Shown here: positions 54,971 to 64,000 of the stretch, in pieces
Numbering within the stretch: position 1 is the stretch's first letter
Layout: each line of letters begins with the position of its first letter
DNA from: the human T2T-CHM13v2.0 reference genome, Homo sapiens
Assembly (NCBI RefSeq): GCF_009914755.1
Contig: NC_060940.1
Direction: 5' to 3' (one strand)
Length of the DNA: 64,000 nucleotides
Notes under the pieces: model-generated
Databases searched by the model: none
The model's input: only the letters and a program-made list of their open reading frames with translations
Told to the model about the DNA's origin: nothing
Translations under genes and position numbers: made by a program

Positions 54971-57900
54971 GTCAGTGCCGGGGCCTCCCTTTGTGTGTGT
55001 GGCCCCGCTGGTAGGGACCCCAGTGCCGCTGACTGGCAAGACACACTGGGAGCACCCACCATTCTGTGCGGCCCCCAGCAGCCATCTCAACCACCTATCC
55101 CTGCGCTCCCTTGAATGGGAAGAAGCCCCACGTTGTCCTTGAATTCCTTTTTCACTTTGCATCTCTTCACGTGCAGGCTGGGACCAGCGGAGACACCGCG
55201 GCGAATGCAGATGACTGCACCGGCCACTCAGGGAGCTGCCTGGGCTCCGTGTCTCTGAGCCCCGGGTGGCAGGACCCACCGGCACCTCTTTCTTCCTCTG
55301 TCATATGGCTCCTCTGTCACCAGCCCCAGTGTGCACAGAAGAATTGGACCAGGTCACTGTACGTAGAAATTTGTAGAAAAGCAGACTTAGATAAACATCT
55401 CCTTTGGATATTTATTTCCGCTTTTGGCAGCAGGTGAACATTTATTTTTAAAACTTCTATTTAAAAGAAGTCCAAAAACATCAACACTAAGGTTTGATGT
55501 CATGTGAAAAGTGTAATAATAACAGTTAAGATTTCATGATCATTTTCACTGGACCTTTCCTGATATTTTGTTTCAGAGTTCTTAGTGTGGCTTTTTCCAT
55601 TTATTTAAGTGATTCTTTGTTACTCACTAACTCTGCAAGCCTGTGGAATAATGAAGTACCTTCCTGGAAAGTTTGGATTATTTTTTAAACAAAAACAAGG
55701 GAGATACATGTATTCTCAGGTACACACAGAGCTGAGAGGGCTGAATGGTTTTCTGCTATAGCAGCCGAGAGGCCTCCCATCATGGAAAGATTTCTCCAGG
55801 AAAAGGAGGAATGTAGCCAGCTCCCCACTCAGGACGCTTCCTCATTTCTCTTCACCAAAACCAAACAGAGACAGCTTCCAGCACCTTCTTCAGTGTTACC
55901 ATCTCTAAGAAGGAACCAGTTGGGACCGTGAAGACTCCCGACCCTGTGGCCATGATGGAAATCAAAGGAAGACACCCTCTACGTCACCTGCCCTCGACTG
56001 TGTGTGCCCACATGTGCCGAGAGATGGCCCAGAGCCAGTTCCCCTCCAGCTGCAAGGGCATGGTGTCCCCAGAGCTCTGAGTCTGTCACTCTCCCTCTGC
56101 TACTGCTGCTGATCTGAATATGGAAACCCCATGGTTCCCTTCCCCATTCGGACTGGGTGTGTACAAGCAAGGACCCAGATGCATCAGACACAGCCCCCAA
56201 GATGTTCCTTTCTACTCGGCCAGCTCGGGAGCCAGACACAGCACTCACAGCCCAGGCCGTGATCCACCCTCCCCAAGTCCACCAGGGCCAGCGGCCCCTC
56301 ACCTCTCTGGTCACTGGTGAGACCTTCCACAACTTTCCTCCAGACCTGCCAGCAGATGTGCCCACCAGGGGCATTAGGTATCCGCCGGAGCCTGGCCATA
56401 GGGTAGTCTCGGGAGCCGCGCTGAGATCTTTTGCCACCTGCATTTTAGAAGAACATGGTCTCTGTCTCCTCGGCCCAGCCAGCTGTCCCGGCAAGGCCTG
56501 CCGAGGGCAGTTTTCAACCTCATGAAGGAAACACAGTCCTGCCAAGGAGGGGGAGTGGCGCCCATGGGGACAGGCCTCAGTCCTTAGAAGCCCTCTGGGT
56601 AGCTGTGCCCACCCAGCCTTCATGGCTGCAGGTACAAGGACCTTTGCTTCCATAGAGAAAACGCACAGCTCAGAAAGGGGGCCACATGGGCAGAAACCCA
56701 AAGGAAGGACAAACCACGACCACCGTGGCCATCTGCAGAATCCCTGGAAGAGAAGGAAGGCAGGGTGGAGCGGGGGGAAGACCATCATGGAGAGAAGGAC
56801 CACAGCATCAGGAGACGGGACACGCCACACCCAGCAGGCAGCCTGTGTGTTGCTTAATTTTTTAAGAGCAAGAGGGGTAGAGAGGATCAAGCTGGCCCTG
56901 GCTGGAGATGGCTAGCCCCTGAGACATGCACTTCTGGTTTTGAAATGACTCTGTCTGTGGGGCAGCAGAAACTAGAGAAGGCAAGTGGCTGCCCCACCCC
57001 AAGGCGTGACCAGGAGGAACAGCCTGCAGCTCACTCCATGCCACACGGGTGGGCCACCAGCCTGCTGTCAGAAGTCTCTGGGCTCCAACTGGTCTTGTAA
57101 CCACTGAGCACTGAAGGAGAGAGGTCTTGGTCAGGGCTGGACAGCATGCCCGGGAGGACCAGCAGAGGATTAAAGGTGACTGGGAGGACCAGCGGAGGAT
57201 AAAAGACACTGCTCAGGGCAGGGCTTCTACCCTGCATCCCTGGCCAAGAAAAGGGCAGTCCCCATGTGGGCTTGCAGGGTCACTCTCAGGGGCCTCTTTC
57301 AGCTGGGGCTGGCAACTTGCGTCTGGGGGACACCTCCAGGTGTGTGGGGTGAGGATTTCCTATAACCAGGGCTCCCAGAAGCTTTGCTTATGTAAGGAGG
57401 TCTGGGAGCCAGCCCATTGGAGGCCACCAGCCATTTTGGCTTCAAAGGACCCCACCTCACCCAGGTCTCAGCGGCAGTGGGCACAGCTATGTCTTCAGGA
57501 GCTCCCGTCAAACCTCATAGCTGGGGCGCTCCCAGACAGGCCAGTCCAGACAGGACACGCTGGGCCCCTGGCATCCAGAGGAAGAGCCAGGAGTGTGGGA
57601 AGGCCCACAGTGGGGGCTGTGGCTTCTGACACTCAGGTCATAGCCTCAGAGGTCTGAGGTCAGCCCCCACAGACCCATCCGGCCCGCCCCCCAAGTCCCT
57701 GCAGAGAGCACTTAGAGTTATGGCCCAGGCCCTGGTCCACCCTTCCCCTGTGCACCTCCGGCTGGGTTTGCCAAGTCAGGGAGCAGGGCTGGCCGCAGGA
57801 ACTCCCAAACCTTGGCTTTGAATATTGTTGTGGAGGTGTGCTCGTCCCTTTCTGGACGTGCAAGGTACCTGTCCCAGCAGGTCAGATGGGGCCAGCTGAG

Positions 57901-58180
57901 GCGCTCCCCCAGGCAGGAAGGGCCAGCCTTCACCATCGCGTGGGATTGGGAGGAGGGGCCTCCGTGAGCAGCCCCTCCTCTGCCGCTGTCCCAGCCCAGT
58001 CCCTCTCCCGGAGCCTTGGCAGCCTCCCACAACCCAGACACTTGCGTTCACAAGCAACCTAAGGGGCAGGTGAAGAAGCGCAGCCCTGCCAGACGCGCTA
58101 GATTCCTCTAAGGTCTCTGAGATGCACCGTTTTTTAAAAAGGCGTGGGGTGAACTGATTTTGATCTTCTTGTCTAGATGC

Positions 58181-58190
58181 AATAAATAAA
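58181..58190 (+). terminator. Proximal poly(A) signal (overlapping AATAAATAAA)
   Basis: Two overlapping AATAAA at 58181 and 58185 in AU-rich context. Confidence 0.55.
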
Positions 58191-58441
58191 TCTGAAGCAT
58201 TTAATGTAGTCATCTTGACATTGGGCCTACACTGTACGAGTTCCTTATGTTTCCTTGAGCTAAAAATATGTAAATAATTTTTGTCCCAGTGAGAACCGAG
58301 GGTTAGAAAACCTCGATGCCTCTGAGCCTCGGGACCGCTCTAGGGAAGTACCTGCTTTCGCCAGCATGACTCATGCTTCGTGGGTACTGAACACGAGGGT
58401 GGAAATGAAAACTGGAACTTCCTTGTAAATTTAAACTTGGC

Positions 58442-58447
58442 AATAAA
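58442..58447 (+). terminator. Distal poly(A) signal AATAAA
   Basis: AATAAA with upstream TGTA at 58424; composition shifts to GC-rich just downstream. Confidence 0.75.
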
Positions 58448-60022
58448 AGAGAAAAAAAGTTACCAAGAATGTAGCGTGCTGCTCCTGGGGGCTGTGGCAG
58501 GAGGCCGTGGCCTGGCACAGGGGAAGGTTCCCAGCCAATGACCCCTCATCCCGGCGCAGCTGCTTGGCAGGGGTGTGGTGGCTGGAGCCCCTCCCTCTCC
58601 CTCCTCCCCGCACCAGGTTCCCTCCCATCCCCAGGTTCCTAAGAGGTTGTCGGGGCTCATACAACCCGGGAATAACTGCTAAGGGGCAGTTGGCACCATC
58701 AGGAAATGTCCCCGCCCTACCCCTGCCGGGTACAGGGAGCGTGGTCCACATTCTGCATCTTTTCCCTGTTGGGCAGGTGGCTGCCCATCCAAGCCTCAGG
58801 CTCTGCATCTGTGGATTTGGACAGCCAAGCCCTACCTCGCAGGACAAGCGTAGCGAGCAGCGTCATTGTTGCCAGGCTGGGCCGAGGGAAGCAGGAAGGC
58901 TCCCCACCGAGGACAGAGGTGAAGTGCGGGGGTGGACATGACTCGGAAACACCAACGTCCACCAGCGTGAAACCCTGAAATCCCTGGAAACAGGATCACA
59001 GGTTCTCAAAATCTCACCATCCAGCTTAAACCCTACCCAGAAATGGCAGGGAACTTCTGGGTCTTGAGAGGATAACCAAGTTGAGTCGAGAAAGAATGAA
59101 CAAGGGACCCCCTTCCCCCACCGCATGCCAAGGGTTGGGGTTATGCCAACAGAAGGAGGAAGCCACTGCCCAGGGCAGAGCTGCCCTCCCATGCCCCCGC
59201 CTCACCCGGGTCTCAGGCCTCGTGGGCATTTACATGTCTGAGACCCGCTGGGTGACAGCTCCTCCCTCCTTGCATTCCCAGCCCAGGTTCAAACCCAGGG
59301 GTCGCCTGGGGCTGGTTGAGAGGCTGGGGCCACTTCTCTGGTGCCCCCAGAGCATGTCTGTATATCCCCTGCTCTGCGGTTGGAAGTGGCCTGCGTATAC
59401 CGGCTGCTGTCAGTGTTTTCCCCAGGGCCTCGGGAGGGTTCCCCTCGGTAGCCATGAAGCGAAGCCTCGCAGGGTCCAGTGATTATGCCCAACAGGCCCA
59501 GAGCGTCCTGACTCTAGCCGGAGGGCGGGGCCAGCAAGGGCAGGTGGTAGTGACCTGCCTGCGGGTGACCTCTAGGGGAAGACCGATTGCCGGCCAGCCA
59601 GCTGCTGGAAACCCCCTTCCCCCACGTCCTACTGCTCTGTGGCACTTCATGGCGTTGGGAAAAAACCCTTAACGTCTAAAGAGCTTTTCTCCAAAGGAAA
59701 GTTGGTTCTGAATCACCCATGGGGTGAAGGGGCTTCCTGGGGATTCACTTAAGGCTGCCCGATGGGCAGTGTGAAGCTTCCCTTCCCTCCACAGGCCCCG
59801 GGGCTGCTGGCCCTGCTCCAGCCCTGGGTCTACCTGCCCCACTTAGAGACCAGCCACCTGGGCTCCCAGGCCGTGCGCCTGCCTTGGGGCCCAGCCTGCT
59901 CTGCAGGTCCCTGCAGTCCTGACACTGCCTGGCTCAGTCTGACTTCCTCCCAGAGGGCAGCACGTGCCCCCTGAACACATGCCTGCCGCCTGCCTGTCAC
60001 CTCCACTGACGCTTCCTTGCCC

Positions 60023-60191
60023 TTTTTTTTTTTTTTTTTTTTTTTGAGACGGGGTCTTGCTATGTTGCTCAGGCCGGAGTGCACTGGTGTGGTCCCAGCT
60101 CGCTGCAGCCTACATCTCCCAGACTCAAGCAAACCTCCCAACTCAGTCTCCTGAGTAGCTGGGCCTACAGGCAAGTGCCACCACACCTGGC
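60023..60191 (-). mobile_element. Alu right monomer (FRAM/AluJ half)
   Basis: Long T run plus right arm only; TSD GCTTCCTTG on both sides. Confidence 0.85.
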
Positions 60192-60282
60192 TTTGCTTCC
60201 TTGACTCTTGGTTTGCCCTTTAAATTCAATTTTTTTAAGAGGAAGACTTTTCGCTGGAAACAGAAAACCAGCACCACTGCAG

Positions 60283-60738
60283 CATTCATTTCCTAGGGCC
60301 GCCATGACAAATGATCACAAACAGGGCAGCTTAAAACAGTAGATATTTACTCTCCCACAGTTCTGCAGGCCAGTCTAAAATCAAGTTGCCAGCAGGGCTG
60401 CTCCTCCTGGAGGCTTAGAGGGAGAAGCTGCCTCCTGCCTCTCTCCCAGCTCCGGTGGCTCCGGCACTTGGCGTTCCTCGCCCCATGAGTGAATCACTCC
60501 AGTCCCTGCCTCTCCCCACAGCACCTTCTTCCCCGTGTCTGTGTCAAATCCCCCTCTCCTTTCTCTTGAAAGGACAGCAGTCATTGGATTTAGGGCCCGC
60601 CCTGATCGACGGTGGTCTTAACTCAAGATCCTTCATTTCCTCTGCAAAAACCCTATTTCCAAATAACGTCACATTCACAGGGACCAGATTCAGGACATGG
60701 ACACCTTTTTAGAAGGGCTCACCATTCAACCCATTACC
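60283..60738 (-). mobile_element. MLT1 (MLT1C-like) solo LTR
   Basis: TTTCCTAGGGCCGCCATGACAAAT...AAATCAAG...CATTGGATTTAGGGCCC...CCATTCAACCCATTAC. Confidence 0.85.
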
Positions 60739-60871
60739 CTTGCCAGAAATTAAAGATATAAAAACAAATGCAGCACAAGCAAATCCATATCATTAAATTT
60801 TTAGCCAGGTCCTAGCACCTGCCACAGGCTCTGGGCCCAGCCTTGCCTGTGCCATTAATAGGGGAGGCCTA

Positions 60872-61281
<410 letters not shown>

Positions 61282-61348
61282 TCATCCCAGATCAGAGATG
61301 CCACTATGACACACACATATCACAGTGTGTTGCGAACTGTGGAATTCT

Positions 61349-61643
61349 TTTTTTTTTTTTTTTGGAGACAGGGTCAAGCTCTGTCACCAAGGCTGGAGAG
61401 CAGTGGGGCGGTCATAGTTTACTGCAGCTTCAACCTCCTGGACTCAGACGATCCTCCTTCCTCAGCCTCCCAGAGAGCTGGGACCACAGGCACATGCTGC
61501 CGCTCCTGGTTAATTTATTAATTTTTTCATTGCGAGAAGGTCTCACTTGTGCAGGCTGATCTCAAACTTCTAGGCTCAAACAGTCCTCCTGCCTCAGCCT
61601 CCCAAAGCACTAAGACAAGAGGCGTGAGTCACAGCGCCCAGCC
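61349..61643 (-). mobile_element. Alu (AluJ-like, antisense)
   Basis: Diverged antisense dimer. Confidence 0.85.
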
Positions 61644-62109
61644 TTGCAATTCTTATTTCAGTTCTCCCTCTCCAATAGACTCACCCACAGGCAACGACTG
61701 TGTTTTATTTTCACCTGTTCTGTGGGAGCTGGGTGCAGGCTCTGGCCCATGAGCTCTCTGTGCATGTATGTTGGATGGATGGATGGACTGATGGATGGAG
61801 TCATTCTTGGATACAGTTCCAGATTCTTAAAGCCTGAATTCCATTCAGTTCTCCATGCCCATGGCCCTAACTTTCAGCCTCTCCCTATGTGTGCTCACTC
61901 TGGTGTCTTCCAGGCCTTACCAGGGCCAGCCAAAGATCTTCAGGAGAATTTGCCCGGGCCAGGTTGCCAAGGGTAGGAGTGTTTGAGGGCTTTCCTCTGC
62001 CACCATCAGAAATTCTGTGTCCCCCAACCCTCCACAGGTATCTGAGCTGAGACCGAGCTGCTGCTGGTATCTCAGTGATGAGCGAGACCTCAAGCAGGGT
62101 GGAGTAGGT

Positions 62110-62310
62110 GGCAGTGCAGGCTTTGGAGTTGCTGACGAGGTTCAAGTCCCTGCACCAATGCTCCCCATCCCTGTGGCCTTGAGTACATGGTGAAACCGCA
62201 TGAGGCTCAATTTCCTCATCTGTAAAATGGGAACCTTTCTGGCAGTGTCCTTGCTTGTGTAGATGAAGTGGGGGCAGGTAAATCAAGCACCTGTACCCAG
62301 CCTGGCACAT
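62110..62310 (+). mobile_element. MIR SINE
   Basis: GGCTCAATTTCCTCATCTGTAAAATGGG core. Confidence 0.75.
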
Positions 62311-62597
62311 GCAATTTCAGCCAGGGGGTCTCACCAGCGGCCCAGCCAGAAAAACAGGCTTCAGCCCAGGCCCAGGCCCCCTCAGTTACATGTACCCCCT
62401 CAGGTACAAAGCCAGCACCTGTGGGGTACAGCTGAGCCCTGGAATTTTTTAAGGTCCCCAGCTGATCCTCAGAGGCAGCTGTGATGATTCAGTTTATGTG
62501 TCAGCCTGACTGGGCTAAGGGGTGCCCAGATAGCGGCATGACATGATTTCCAAGTGTGACTGGGAGGGTGTTTCTGCAAGAAAGTAGAATTTGCAGT

Positions 62598-62909
62598 AGG
62601 GTGAGGTGGCTCATGCCTGTAATCCCAGCACTTTGGGAGGCTGTGGTGGGTGGATCACTTGAGGTCGGGAGTTCGAGACCAACCTGACCAACACGGTGAA
62701 ATCCTGTCTCTACCGAAAATACAAAAATTAGCTGGGCGTGGTGGTGGGCACCTGTAGTCCCAGCTACTCAGGAGGCTGAGACATGAGAATCGCTTGAACC
62801 CAGGAGGCAGAGGTCTGCAGTGAGCCGAGATTGGCCACTGCAGTGAGCCGAGATTGGCCACTGCACTCCAGCCTGGGTGACAGAGTGAGACCCTATCTCA
62901 AAAAAAAAA
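62598..62909 (+). mobile_element. AluS inside MLT2, with an internal 23-bp duplication
   Basis: Full dimer; AGTAGAATTTG / AGTAGCATTTG flanks. Confidence 0.9.
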
Positions 62910-63218
62910 GTGGGGGCTGGGGGAGAGAGTAGCATTTGAAAGAGTAGACTGAGTGAAGAAGATCACCCTCACCACTGTGGGCGGCCACCATTCAATCCAT
63001 TGAGGGCCCAAATAAAACAAGGAGGAAAAAGGTAAAATTTGCTTTCTGCTTGATCCCGTATGTCCATCTTCGCCTGCCCTTGGACATCAGAGGCCCTGGC
63101 TCTCGGGCCTTCCAGCTTGGACTGGAACGACACTGGCTTTCCTGGGCCTCCCAGCTTGCAGACGGCAGATTCTAGGACCCCTTGGCCTCCAGAATTGCAT
63201 GAGCCAATTCCCATAATA

Positions 63219-63354
63219 CAGACGGCCCCCAACTTATAAGGGTTCAACTGACAATTTTTCAACCTTATGACAGGTTTATCGAGGTACTAAAGTTGTTTTC
63301 AACTTAGGATGTGTTTATTGGGATGTAGCCTCATTGTAAATTGAGGGGCATCTG
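63219..63354. mobile_element. MER47-like Tigger MITE inside MLT2
   Basis: TA|CAGACGGCCCCCAACTTA...TAAATTGAGGGGCATCTG|TA: TIRs plus TA TSD. Confidence 0.7.
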
Positions 63355-63363
63355 TAAATCTCA

Positions 63364-63654
<291 letters not shown>

Positions 63655-64000
63655 TATAAATCTATATATCTATACCTGCCTACCTATCTACCTACCTATC
63701 TGTATCTCCTGTTGGTTCTGTTTCTCTGAAGAATCCTGACTGATACAGCACCCAAAATAAGAAGCCAGCCTGGCCCACCTCTGCAGCCCACCCTGGCTAC
63801 ACCCCACCACTTGGAGCACACAAGCCCTCTGCCCTGTCCTGGAAGACCCCTCAACTGATTCCCCTCCCAGGACCTTGGCACCTGCCTTTCCTCCCTCCAG
63901 CCCCCTCCCCAACCTCTGCACCTGCACCCATCCTCTGTCGTTATCCTCCGTCCACAGAATCAGTGTTACTTCCAGGGACTATTCTGACGTCAGACCCCTG

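Larger units (their letters stand above)
54971..58466 (+). other. CLEC16A: CLEC16A 3'UTR (end approximate)
   Basis: Stretch after the stop with no recognisable Alu, ending ~20 nt after AATAAA at 58442. Confidence 0.8.

Noticed and set aside
54581-55285. 234-aa and 138-aa antisense ORFs over exon 24
   Set aside because: Shadow ORFs of a GC-rich coding exon.
55979-56890. 303-aa antisense ORF, the longest in the track
   Set aside because: Lies antisense to a GC-rich 3'UTR, begins at TTG, has low-information composition, and shows no recognisable domain or gene structure.

Overview
Primate DNA, almost certainly human and Alu-rich, carrying the 3' end of CLEC16A on the + strand. The last four canonical coding exons lie at 21-225, 2258-2425, 42668-42832 and 54615-54970 (conventionally exons 21-24). 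They are separated by introns of ~2, ~40 and ~12 kb and followed by a ~3.5 kb 3'UTR ending near 58466 and ~5.5 kb of repeat-rich downstream DNA. The remainder is Alu, MIR, L2, L1M, MaLR/ERVL LTR and Tigger/Charlie/mariner MITE remnants plus simple repeats. No prokaryote-type system or independent new gene is supported. The most interesting structure is a set of alternative routes that swap or delete the disordered CLEC16A C-terminal tail. These are an intronic poly(A) read-through after exon 22 overlapped by four STAT5-type GAS motifs, a frame-shifting 109-nt cassette plus a short alternative last exon in intron 22, a second open frame across exon 23, and a GC-donor exon in intron 23 with acceptors 4 nt apart and its own Kozak ATG. 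Gene identity, exon numbering and repeat family names come from recognition and recall, not database searches. Repeat boundaries are approximate.
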